DNA of 64,000 nt, from assembly GCA_913041125.1 (NCBI GenBank), contig CAJWHM010000001.1, positions 29,698-93,697 of the forward strand, written 5' to 3'. A program made the position numbers and the translations under genes. This DNA is from an uncultured Bacteroidota bacterium (GTDB lineage: Bacteria; Bacteroidota; Bacteroidia; Flavobacteriales; Flavobacteriaceae). This document shows, one piece after another, positions 55,145 through 64,000 of this stretch (positions within the stretch are counted from its first letter, which is position 1; every line of letters begins with the position of its first letter). The notes below the pieces were generated by a model that ran no database searches, had not been told where the DNA came from, and saw only the letters and a program-made list of their open reading frames with translations.

Positions 55145-55933
55145 TTGAATATTACGGACTTTATAGATTTTTCGTTTATAGATATAATCGATATATTGTT
55201 AGTTGCCTTATTATTATTTTACTTATATAAACTCGTAAGAGGAACTGTAGCTATAAATATTTTTATTGGAATTGTAATTATATATCTAATCTGGAGGTTA
55301 ACAGATTTGCTTAGCATGGATGTGTTAAGTAATATTTTAGGAAATTTCATTAGCGTTGGTTTTTTTGCCCTTATCGTTGTTTTTCAGCAGGAAATCAGAA
55401 GGTTTTTATTACTCTTAGGGTCTACCAATTTTACGAATAGAAGAAACGTCATTCGTTATTTTAAATTTTTAAATCAAAGCCAAGAATCCTTAAATTTAAA
55501 TCTAAATATTTTTGTCAATTCTTGTTTTGAAATGTCAAAAAATAAAACAGGGGCTATCATTGTATTAAAAAGAACTAATACTTTGGACTTTATTCTTAAT
55601 GAAAGTAATTTGTCACAAATAAGAATAACTCCGCAAGTTCTAGAAAGTGTTTTTTTTAAAAATAGTCCTCTTCATGACGGAGCTATCATTATTGAAAATA
55701 ACACCATCGTTGCAACAAGAGTAATTTTGCCTGTTTCGGAAAGTAGTGATTTACCATCTAGCTATGGGCTTAGACATAGGGCAGCCCTTGGAATTGCTGA
55801 AAAAACGGATTCAATAGTTGTCGTTATTTCAGAGCAAACAGGTAAAATTGTATATTTTAAAGGTGGAGAGTTTATTAAAATTAAATCTAAGGAAATGCTT
55901 AATGAATTAGTTATACAGGATCTTAATAAATAA
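55145..55933 (+). CDS. cdaA: diadenylate cyclase CdaA (DisA_N domain)
   Basis: Three N-terminal TM helices, then GAIIVLKR, LHDGAIII, GLRHRAALGIAE and VVVISEQTGKI motifs. TTG start. Confidence 0.85.
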   Translation: MNITDFIDFSFIDIIDILLVALLLFYLYKLVRGTVAINIFIGIVIIYLIWRLTDLLSMDVLSNILGNFISVGFFALIVVFQQEIRRFLLLLGSTNFTNRRNVIRYFKFLNQSQESLNLNLNIFVNSCFEMSKNKTGAIIVLKRTNTLDFILNESNLSQIRITPQVLESVFFKNSPLHDGAIIIENNTIVATRVILPVSESSDLPSSYGLRHRAALGIAEKTDSIVVVISEQTGKIVYFKGGEFIKIKSKEMLNELVIQDLNK

Positions 55934-57700
55934 TCAATTTATAAGCTCTTCCTCAAACTGGAGTTTATAAAGCTTTGAGTAATGACCCTCATTTAAATTA
56001 ATCAATTCTTTATGGGTTCCTTCTTCAACTATTCTTCCTTTTTCCATCATAATAATTCGATCTGCATTTCTTATGGTTGCTAACCTGTGTGCAATTATGA
56101 TTGAAGTTTTACCTTTTGTGATTTTTTCAGTAGCTTCTTGAATTATCTCTTCAGAATAGCTATCGATAGATGATGTAGCCTCATCTAAAACTAAAATTTC
56201 TGGGTTGGAAATGTAAGCTCTTAAAAAAGCTATTAATTGACGTTGTCCTGAAGAAAGTGTTACACCTCGTTCTTTAACATTATAATCATATCCTCCAGGT
56301 AAAGAAGAAATAAAGTCGTGAACACCAATATTCTTAGCAGAATTTATAACCTCAGTTTTTGATATTTCATTATTAAATAAAGTAATATTGTTATAAATAG
56401 TATCCGCAAAAAGAATTACATCTTGTAATACTATCGCTATATGTTTTCTCAATTCTTTTAAATCATATGATCTTATTGATTTACTATCAATTGTTATTTC
56501 TCCAGAATCAAATTCATATAATCGAGACAATAAATTTATTATTGTTGACTTTCCAGCACCAGTTGAACCTACAATAGCTACAGTTTCTCCAGCTTTTATT
56601 TTTAGATTTATTTTATTTAGAACCGTCTCACCAGGAACATAAGAAAATTTTAAGTTTTTAAAATGAATATTCCCTTCTATAGTTTTTGGAATATATTTCC
56701 CTTTTTTAACAATACTATTTTCAGTTTCTAGAATATCAAATATTCTATCAGCAGCAACCATTCCCATTTGTAATGAATTAAATTTATCTGCTATCTGACG
56801 TAAAGGCCTGAAAAGCATTTGTGACATTTGTATAAATAAAAAAATCGTCCCTAGTGAAATATTATTTTCAGAAATAACACTAAATCCTCCATACCAGACT
56901 AATAAACCTATAGTAACAGATGACGAAATTTCTGCAATTGGAAAAAATATAGAATTGAACCAAACGGTTTTTAACCATGCCTTTTTATGCTTTTCATTTA
57001 TTTCAATGAATTTATTATACTCAATTTTTTCACGATGAAATAGTTGTACAATTTTAATTCCGCTTATTCTTTCTTGGACAAATGAGTTTAGATTTGAAAC
57101 TTGTAAACGAACTTCTTCAAATGCTTTTTTCATTGATTTTTGAAATAAGCGAGTAGCATAAACAATAACTGGTAGAATAGAAAAAACGATTAGTGATAAT
57201 TGCCAATCTACTAAGATCATAATTACGATTACAAAAGACATTTTCAATAGATCAGCAATGATCATAAATAAACCTTGTGAAAAAATACTTGAAATTGTTT
57301 CAATATCATTTACAGATCTTGTTACCAAACGCCCTATAGATGTTTTATCGAAATAAGCCATCTTAAAATGAATTATTTTATCGAATAATTCTGTACGTAG
57401 GTCTTTAATTACTTTCTGTCCCAACCAATTTGCATAAAAAACGAATAAAAACTGAAAAACAACTTCCAATATAAGAGCAAATAACATCAAACATATAAGG
57501 AATAACATTCCAGAATAATTTTTTGGCCTTATGAAATCGTCAACAGTTATTTTTAGTAAATACGGTGTTAAGCTTGAAAAAACAGATAATAAAATTGCTG
57601 TAATACTTACGAAATAAAAGGTAAGTTTAAATGGCTTTATGAATACAAAAAGCTTTTTAAAAAGTTTTATGTCAAAAATTTTGCCACTAACCTTAGTCAT
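55934..57700 (-). CDS. ABC transporter, fused permease/ATPase (MsbA-like exporter)
   Basis: 6 TM helices, then Walker A GSTGAGKST, signature LSSGQRQ and Walker B ILVLDEATS. Confidence 0.9.
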   Translation of the reverse strand: MTKVSGKIFDIKLFKKLFVFIKPFKLTFYFVSITAILLSVFSSLTPYLLKITVDDFIRPKNYSGMLFLICLMLFALILEVVFQFLFVFYANWLGQKVIKDLRTELFDKIIHFKMAYFDKTSIGRLVTRSVNDIETISSIFSQGLFMIIADLLKMSFVIVIMILVDWQLSLIVFSILPVIVYATRLFQKSMKKAFEEVRLQVSNLNSFVQERISGIKIVQLFHREKIEYNKFIEINEKHKKAWLKTVWFNSIFFPIAEISSSVTIGLLVWYGGFSVISENNISLGTIFLFIQMSQMLFRPLRQIADKFNSLQMGMVAADRIFDILETENSIVKKGKYIPKTIEGNIHFKNLKFSYVPGETVLNKINLKIKAGETVAIVGSTGAGKSTIINLLSRLYEFDSGEITIDSKSIRSYDLKELRKHIAIVLQDVILFADTIYNNITLFNNEISKTEVINSAKNIGVHDFISSLPGGYDYNVKERGVTLSSGQRQLIAFLRAYISNPEILVLDEATSSIDSYSEEIIQEATEKITKGKTSIIIAHRLATIRNADRIIMMEKGRIVEEGTHKELINLNEGHYSKLYKLQFEEELIN

Positions 57701-58449
57701 ATTTGTAAAAATATAGATTTAGGATATTCTACTTCAATAAGGAACAAGCCTTTTGCTGGAGCTGAAAATCCGGCCAAGGAACGATCTCTGCTATTTAATA
57801 TGTATTCAAGGTTTTTCAAAGTTTTCTTTTTCAATCCAATTTCTAATAATGTACCTACTATTGCGCGTACCATATTTCTTAAAAATCTGTTGGAAGAAAT
57901 TGTAAATATATATCCCTGATTCGAATTCTTCCAATAAGCCTCACTAATATTACAAATGTATGTTTTTACATCTGAATTAGATTTTGAGAAACATTTAAAA
58001 TCTCGGTGATCAAGAATAATTTTTGAAGCCTTATTCATCAACTCTAAATCCAAGGGGTTTTTAAAAAAATAATGAAAATCATTTTCAAAAGCGTTTTTAT
58101 GTTTTGATATATGATATTCGTAGGTTCTAGAAATTGCATCAAAACGAGCATGGGCCTTCTCTCTTACTGGAAATAATGATTCTATTACTACATCGTGAGG
58201 AAGAAATTGATTTAACTCGTATACTAAATTTGATATTATTCCTTTTTCAATGTTTGCATCAAAGTGAGCAAACATTTGTCTTGCATGAACTCCTGTATCT
58301 GTTCTGCCAGCAGCTGTAAGACTTATTGAATCTCGCAATATAGTTTTTATTGAATCCTCAATTACCTCTTGAACAGAAATAGCATTAGGTTGACGTTGCC
58401 AGCCATGATAATTTTTACCCGAGTAAGAGAATTCAAGAAAAAAACGCAT
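57697..58449 (-). CDS. truA: tRNA pseudouridine(38-40) synthase
   Basis: YSGKNYHGWQRQ, AAGRTDTGVHA and RFLRNMVR motifs. Confidence 0.9.
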   Translation of the reverse strand: MRFFLEFSYSGKNYHGWQRQPNAISVQEVIEDSIKTILRDSISLTAAGRTDTGVHARQMFAHFDANIEKGIISNLVYELNQFLPHDVVIESLFPVREKAHARFDAISRTYEYHISKHKNAFENDFHYFFKNPLDLELMNKASKIILDHRDFKCFSKSNSDVKTYICNISEAYWKNSNQGYIFTISSNRFLRNMVRAIVGTLLEIGLKKKTLKNLEYILNSRDRSLAGFSAPAKGLFLIEVEYPKSIFLQI

Positions 58450-58585
58450 ATTTATTTTTACAAGCGTAAATATAATTTTAATTCATGCTAACAGCAATAT
58501 ATTAGTGGTCTTTGCTATTTAAATTTTGAAATCAATTCTTTTGCCTTAAAAACTTATTTTTACCAATATTTTTAATTAGTGAAAT

Positions 58586-59080
58586 TTGAAAAAAATTCTT
58601 CTCCTTTCTGATACTCATGGACATTTAGATGATAAAATTATAAAATATGTTAATCAAGCAGATGAGGTCTGGCATGCAGGGGATATAGGAAAAAAAGAAA
58701 TTATAAATTATTTAACAGAGTTAAAACCATTAAAAGCAGTTTTTGGAAATATTGACGACAAAAAAATACGATTAATTACAAAAGAATTTTTATACTTCAA
58801 TTATGAAAAGAATAAAATTCTTATTACTCATATTGCAGGTTATCCAGGAAAATATAATAAAAATGTTAATAGACTTATTTCTATATATGAACCTAACATA
58901 TTAGTTTGTGGACATTCACATATATTAAAAGTAATGTATGATAAAAAAAATAAGCATCTCCATTTAAATCCAGGAGCGGCTGGAATTTCAGGATTTCATA
59001 ATATAAGAACGATGTTACGATTTAAATTAGATTCTGATAAAATAAAGGAATTAGAAATCATTGAATTAGGTAAGAGATAA
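58586..59080 (+). CDS. metallophosphoesterase (YfcE/MJ0936 family)
   Basis: LLLSDTHG, HAGD, GNID and GHSH motifs. TTG start. Confidence 0.8.
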   Translation: MKKILLLSDTHGHLDDKIIKYVNQADEVWHAGDIGKKEIINYLTELKPLKAVFGNIDDKKIRLITKEFLYFNYEKNKILITHIAGYPGKYNKNVNRLISIYEPNILVCGHSHILKVMYDKKNKHLHLNPGAAGISGFHNIRTMLRFKLDSDKIKELEIIELGKR

Positions 59081-59082
59081 TT

Positions 59083-59454
59083 TCACCGAATTCTATCTAC
59101 TGAACGAATCAAATCTTCATCTTTTAAAATAGCTTTTCTAGCAAAAAATGCTAAAACTAATTGTATAAAAGAAGAAGAAATGTGAAAATAAGTTGGTTCT
59201 AGTTTAATTCCATTTAATAAATAAATGAAATAGTAAGTTATTATTGAAATAAAAACAAAATACAACATCAAACAAATTCTTGCTTGAACTAAACGGTAAT
59301 GAAATAGAAAAATGTTTATAAATGAAACTATTGCTACAAATAAAAATATATTGTTAACGATCGATTTACTTTGTACTTCATATGAAAAATAAAATGTAGT
59401 TAAGGATAGAAGAGATAAAATGAGTATTAATAATGTTTGTATTCGCTGTATCAT
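59083..59454 (-). CDS. DUF4293-like membrane protein
   Basis: MIQRIQTLLILI N-terminus and 4 TM helices. Family name from memory. Confidence 0.55.
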   Translation of the reverse strand: MIQRIQTLLILILSLLSLTTFYFSYEVQSKSIVNNIFLFVAIVSFINIFLFHYRLVQARICLMLYFVFISIITYYFIYLLNGIKLEPTYFHISSSFIQLVLAFFARKAILKDEDLIRSVDRIR

Positions 59455-59571
59455 TAATCAATTATAAAATTAATTTTTTATAAAGAACCTTTTGTTTTAA
59501 AAAAATTTGTAATATTGTTCACTCTCAAATTTAAGTGGAAATATTACCACAACAATAATTCTAAACATTTA

Positions 59572-61110
59572 ATGTACGAAATAGCTACTCTTAAAACAAA
59601 GAAACTACCTGAATTACAAGAAATTGCAAAAAAAATAGGTATTAAAAAAACTGCTGGTTTAAAAAAACTGGATTTAATATATCAAATAGTTGATTTAATA
59701 GCCTCAAAACCAGATGAAAACACGGCTTCAAAATTTGATTCTAATAATGAAATCAAAGAAAAAACAGATTCTAAAATCGAGAAAAAGGCTCCCATAAAAG
59801 TTTTACCTGTCCAAAAATTAAAAAATAAAACATCCAACGATTCTAAAAAGGACTTTAAAACTCAAAATCTAGATAATCAGATAATTAATCAGAACAAAAA
59901 GAACGGAAATCCTAAAAATAAATCAAATAGCAATAGAAACGAATATAATCACAATAGAGACAATAAAAGCCGTTATCGTCAACCAGATTTTGAATTTGAT
60001 GGTATCGTTGAAACAGAAGGAGTTCTTGAAATGATGCAAGAGGGTTATGGTTTTTTGCGTTCATCTGATTATAACTATCTTTCTTCTCCAGACGATGTAT
60101 ATGTATCACAATCTCAAATTCGTCTATTTGGTCTAAAAACTGGTGATACAGTTTTAGGTTCTGTAAGGCCGCCGAAAGAGGGTGAAAGATTTTTTCCTCT
60201 GATAAAAGTTGATAAAATAAATGGATTAGATCCAAAATTAGTCCGTGATAGGGTTTCTTTTCAGCACCTCACACCACTTTTCCCTCAAGAAAAATTTAAT
60301 GTTGCTGAAAAAAAGAGTACAATTTCTTCAAGAATAATGGATCTTTTCTGCCCGATAGGAAAGGGACAGAGGGGTATGATTGTATCGCAACCTAAAACTG
60401 GTAAAACTATGTTACTAAAGGATATAGCTAATGCTATAGCCGCAAATCATCCAGAAGTATATCAGCTGATTTTACTAATTGATGAGAGACCAGAAGAGGT
60501 GACTGACATGCAACGAAATGTTGATGGTGAGGTAGTTGCCTCAACTTTTGATGAGCCTGCTGAAAGACATGTAAAAGTTGCGAATATAGTCTTAGAAAAA
60601 GCAAAACGCTTAGTTGAATGTGGGCACGATGTCGTTATATTACTTGACTCTATAACTCGACTAGCTAGAGCCTACAATACTGTTCAACCTGCTTCAGGTA
60701 AAATATTAAGTGGTGGGGTTGATGCAAATGCATTGCATAAACCTAAACGTTTCTTTGGTGCCGCAAGGAATATTGAAAACGGTGGTTCATTATCAATAAT
60801 TGCTACTGCATTAACTGAAACAGGTTCAAAAATGGATGAAGTAATTTTTGAGGAATTTAAGGGGACAGGTAACATGGAGCTTCAATTAGATCGACGCATC
60901 GCCAATAGAAGAATTTTTCCTGCTATAGATTTGGTTTCGTCAAGTACAAGACGTGATGATCTATTATTAGATGAAAATACAATAAAGAGGATGTGGATAA
61001 TGAGAAAATACTTAGCTGACATGAACCCAGTTGAAGCGATGGAATTCATAAATGACAGGTTTACTCGAACTCAAAATAATGAAGAGTTTTTAATTTCAAT
61101 GAATTCTTAA
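59572..61110 (+). CDS. rho: transcription termination factor Rho with N-terminal Asn/Lys-rich insertion
   Basis: [23 protein letters not shown] (Rho_N), RNA-binding [14 protein letters not shown], Walker A PKTGKT and [10 protein letters not shown]. The ORF track start 59515 is probably too early. Confidence 0.9.
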   Translation: MYEIATLKTKKLPELQEIAKKIGIKKTAGLKKLDLIYQIVDLIASKPDENTASKFDSNNEIKEKTDSKIEKKAPIKVLPVQKLKNKTSNDSKKDFKTQNLDNQIINQNKKNGNPKNKSNSNRNEYNHNRDNKSRYRQPDFEFDGIVETEGVLEMMQEGYGFLRSSDYNYLSSPDDVYVSQSQIRLFGLKTGDTVLGSVRPPKEGERFFPLIKVDKINGLDPKLVRDRVSFQHLTPLFPQEKFNVAEKKSTISSRIMDLFCPIGKGQRGMIVSQPKTGKTMLLKDIANAIAANHPEVYQLILLIDERPEEVTDMQRNVDGEVVASTFDEPAERHVKVANIVLEKAKRLVECGHDVVILLDSITRLARAYNTVQPASGKILSGGVDANALHKPKRFFGAARNIENGGSLSIIATALTETGSKMDEVIFEEFKGTGNMELQLDRRIANRRIFPAIDLVSSSTRRDDLLLDENTIKRMWIMRKYLADMNPVEAMEFINDRFTRTQNNEEFLISMNS

Positions 61111-61164
61111 CAAAATATATACTATTTTGAACCAGTCTTTAATTCTAAATTTTATTGGGTAAAT

Positions 61165-61416
61165 TTAGAGTGTAGAAATGTATTTCGTTAGTTTCGACTT
61201 TAAATTACCAGCTTTATTAACGTGTATGATATTTTTCTTAGCTAGTTTATCAATAAGAGATATGACTGCTGGAAACATTTTTTTTGCTTCTTTCTTATTA
61301 GCCGTCTCCTTCAATTTTTTGATAGCATTTCTTGTAGTTTTATGCTGTAGACGATTAACCAGTCTTTTTTTGTCGTTAGAACGGATGCGTTTTAATGCAG
61401 ATTTATGATTTGCCAT
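61165..61416 (-). CDS. rpsT: 30S ribosomal protein S20
   Basis: MANHKSALKRIRSNDKKRLVNR... 83 aa, basic. Confidence 0.9.
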   Translation of the reverse strand: MANHKSALKRIRSNDKKRLVNRLQHKTTRNAIKKLKETANKKEAKKMFPAVISLIDKLAKKNIIHVNKAGNLKSKLTKYISTL

Positions 61417-61433
61417 ATATTATTTTCTATTTG

Positions 61434-61505
61434 TAGCCCGTAGGGGAATCGAACCCCTCTTTCCAGGATGAAAACCTGGCGTCCTAACCGATAGACGAAC
61501 GGGCC
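61434..61505 (-). tRNA. tRNA-Glu (anticodon UUC)
   Basis: Reverse complement is GGCCCGTTCGTCTATCGGTTAGGACGCCAGGTTTTCATCCTGGAAAGAGGGGTTCGATTCCCCTACGGGCTA. Anticodon loop TTTTCAT. The 1:72 pair is G-U. Confidence 0.85.
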
Positions 61506-61576
61506 AAAATTTACGTGCGCAAATGTACACGTAATATTGTTATTAAGCAAGAACAAAATAAAACTTAAAATATTGA

Positions 61577-63055
61577 TCAATACGCTTTAGCAAAAAACAC
61601 TCTCCCTTTTGATGGTTTTCCTGAATAAACACAAGCACCCGTTTCCTTTTTGTTTTCTAACGGTATACATCTAATAGTTGCTTTTGTCTCATTTTTTATA
61701 GCATTCTCAGTGACTTCAGTTCCATCCCAATGAGCCAATATAAAACCACCCTTTTTGTTTAAAACATCCTTAAAGTCTTCAAAAGAATCTACTGTAGTTA
61801 TATTGTCTTTTTGGAATTTTTTTGCTCTATCAAATAAGGTTTTTTGAATATCAATTAACTGATTTTTTATGTATTTAGGCAATTCATTCTGTGACACTAT
61901 ATTTTTTGAAAAATCGTCACGACGAGCTACTTCGACATTTCTATTTTCAATATCTTTTGGTCCTATGGCAATTCTTAGTGGAACTCCCTTCAATTCATAT
62001 TCGTTAAATTTAAATCCGGGTTTAAAATTATCCCTATTATCAAGCTTAACTCTAATGTTATTATTAATTAATTCGGATTTTATTTTTTCAGCAACCTTTA
62101 AAACCTCTTTCATTTGTTCTTCTCCCCTATATATTGGAACTATAACTACTTGATATGGTGCCAAATTCGGTGGTAAAACTAAGCCATTGTCATCACTGTG
62201 GGTCATGATTAATGCTCCTATTAATCGGGTAGATACCCCCCAAGATGTTGCCCAAACATATTCTAACCCTCCATTTTTAGAAGCAAATTTGACATCAAAG
62301 GCTTTAGCAAAATTTTGACCTAAAAAATGAGAGGTCCCAGCTTGAAGTGCTTTACCGTCTTGCATTAGGGCTTCTATACAAAATGTTTCTTCAGCACCTG
62401 CAAACCTTTCACTCAAACTTTTAGTCCCCTGAATAACTGGAATAGACATAAAGTTTTCAACAAAATTTGCATAAATTTTATTCATAAGTTTTGCTTCATC
62501 AAGAGCCTCTTGTTTTGTTGTGTGTGCAGTATGTCCTTCTTGCCACAAAAACTCTGCTGTTCTTAAAAAAAGTCTTGTTCTCATTTCCCATCTAACTACG
62601 TTAGCCCACTGATTTATTAATATTGGTAAGTCTCTATATGATTGAATCCATGATTTATAAGTATTCCATATAACGGCTTCACTTGTAGGGCGAACAATAA
62701 GCTCCTCTTCTAGTTTAGCATTAGGATCTACAATTAGTTTACCTTTATTATTACCATCATTTTTTAATCTGTAGTGAGTGACAACTGCACATTCTTTAGC
62801 AAAACCTTCAGCGTTTTTTTCTTCTGCCTCAAACAAACTCTTCGGCACAAATAGAGGAAAATAAGCATTTTCATGTCCAGTTTCTTTAAACATTTTGTCA
62901 AGTTCATTTTGCATTTTTTCCCATATTGCATAACCATATGGTTTGATAACCATACATCCACGAACAGCTGAATTTTCGGCAAGATCAGCTTGAACAACAA
63001 TCTCATTATACCATTTAGAATAATCTTCTTTTCTTGGAGTTATTTTATTAGCCAT
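61577..63055 (-). CDS. proS: prolyl-tRNA synthetase (archaeal/eukaryote-like short type)
   Basis: [20 protein letters not shown]..., class II motifs ([23 protein letters not shown]), C-terminal ...GRVFFAKAY. The ORF-track start 63106 is probably too early. Confidence 0.9.
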   Translation of the reverse strand: MANKITPRKEDYSKWYNEIVVQADLAENSAVRGCMVIKPYGYAIWEKMQNELDKMFKETGHENAYFPLFVPKSLFEAEEKNAEGFAKECAVVTHYRLKNDGNNKGKLIVDPNAKLEEELIVRPTSEAVIWNTYKSWIQSYRDLPILINQWANVVRWEMRTRLFLRTAEFLWQEGHTAHTTKQEALDEAKLMNKIYANFVENFMSIPVIQGTKSLSERFAGAEETFCIEALMQDGKALQAGTSHFLGQNFAKAFDVKFASKNGGLEYVWATSWGVSTRLIGALIMTHSDDNGLVLPPNLAPYQVVIVPIYRGEEQMKEVLKVAEKIKSELINNNIRVKLDNRDNFKPGFKFNEYELKGVPLRIAIGPKDIENRNVEVARRDDFSKNIVSQNELPKYIKNQLIDIQKTLFDRAKKFQKDNITTVDSFEDFKDVLNKKGGFILAHWDGTEVTENAIKNETKATIRCIPLENKKETGACVYSGKPSKGRVFFAKAY

Positions 63056-63147
63056 AAATTTTTGGCATAGAATTTGCCTATATTTAATTATTAAAAATAA
63101 TATCACAAAACTAATCCTTTTGTATCACATTTCTTAGTTCAATTAAT

Positions 63148-64000
63148 ATGAAAACTACAAGGTCATTTTTTATTTCAGTAAAACAATTTTTTGTTTATCT
63201 AGCTGTTTTAACTTTAACTAGTTGCGGGAGTTTCCAGTTTTCCTCTTATTACTCAAATGATGGAATTTATTCAACTGAAAAAAATATTACCTCAAAAGGA
63301 AAGAAAAATGTGGACAATAATTATTATGCTCAATATTTTAAAAATGCAGCAGAGTTAGGTATTCTAGATAATAATTCTGAATCAATCATATTTACAGATG
63401 TAGATTCATACAACAGTATTTCTGAAAACCAAGAAGAAGTAATTTTGAATGACTTTTCACAAAAACCTTGGGGAGATGAAACATCACAAACTGAAATAAT
63501 TTTATTTAACAATAGACCAAACTTTATGTGGGGTCTTTCTGGGTTTGCTTTTAATAATTCTCCCTTTTGGAATGGATTCTATTCAAATCCCTATCGCTTT
63601 GGATATGGAAGGTTTTATAATCCTTGGTTTTACGATTCTTTTTTAAACCCATTTGGAGGTTTTGCAGGAATGTGGGGAGGGTTTGACCCTTTTTATTCCC
63701 CTTTCGGTTTTGGTGGATTTTATAATCCATATGGTTATGGATTTGGTTATAGAAATAGATTTTTCAATCGCTGGCCCTATGGAATAAATCGATGGAACAG
63801 ATTTAATGATTATTATGGAAACGATCTTAGAAGAAGAAATAGTAGTGATTATAGATCAACAATAGCAAGAATTAAATCAGGAAGAGGAGAAAAAACATAT
63901 AATAACTCAAGTGATAATAGAAGAAGAGAGCGATCAAATAATAAAGAAAAATCCTCTCAAAATATTCAAAATACTTTAAATAGAATAAACGTTGGTCGTG
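63148..64000 (+). CDS. hypothetical lipoprotein with aromatic/Gly/Asn-rich low-complexity region (3' end outside window)
   Basis: Open frame from ATG 63148 to the window end, so it is not in the ORF track. MKTTRSFF...LTLTSCGS lipobox, later NPYRFGYGRFYNPWFYDSFLNPFGGFAGMWGGFDPFYSPFGFGGFYNPYGYGFGYRNRFF. Confidence 0.6.
   Translation, partial: MKTTRSFFISVKQFFVYLAVLTLTSCGSFQFSSYYSNDGIYSTEKNITSKGKKNVDNNYYAQYFKNAAELGILDNNSESIIFTDVDSYNSISENQEEVILNDFSQKPWGDETSQTEIILFNNRPNFMWGLSGFAFNNSPFWNGFYSNPYRFGYGRFYNPWFYDSFLNPFGGFAGMWGGFDPFYSPFGFGGFYNPYGYGFGYRNRFFNRWPYGINRWNRFNDYYGNDLRRRNSSDYRSTIARIKSGRGEKTYNNSSDNRRRERSNNKEKSSQNIQNTLNRINVGR

Noticed and set aside
61178-61580. ORFs 61178..61408 (+) and 61392..61580 (-).
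   Set aside because: The first is antisense to rpsT and the second runs across tRNA-Glu. Both are by-products of AT-rich sequence.

Overview
Visibly AT-rich chromosomal segment that looks like a marine Flavobacteriia (Bacteroidota) genome. This call rests on a T9SS C-terminal sorting domain, TonB-dependent receptor/DUF4249 and DUF4856/imelysin/HTTM gene sets, a TTTG-N19-TAnnTTTG promoter and a Rho with an N-terminal insertion. About three quarters of the window is ordinary core genome: prfB end, dnaB, accA, tgt, split transketolase, aroK, a tRNA-Lys/Lys/Leu cluster, a MerR-B12/crtB/crtZ carotenoid unit, SurA-like PPIases, guaB, two TonB-receptor loci, a gpx/PLP-enzyme/bshB1/oxidoreductase operon, clpS, prmA, tpiA, folP, cdaA, truA, rho, rpsT, tRNA-Glu and proS. 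The unusual part is about 33.3-47.2 kb, immediately downstream of a tRNA-His. It holds roughly 30 short ORFs, mostly on the + strand and mostly hypothetical small membrane, lipo- or secreted proteins. Their intergenic junctions carry at least four families of short interspersed repeats, several decapitated gene stumps and a frameshifted about 200-bp duplicate. No integrase, transposase or recombinase ORF is present in the window. I read this as a cassette-like hypervariable island whose accretion mechanism is not explained by a classical integron, IS element or prophage; this is inference from sequence patterns only. Several ORFs shorter than 60 aa that the ORF track misses were translated by hand, including a Kazal-type inhibitor-like lipoprotein, a CxxC zinc-ribbon peptide and a Cys-rich peptide. 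No rRNA, CRISPR array or recognisable transposon was seen. All family names (DUFxxxx etc.) come from my recollection of motifs, not from a database search.
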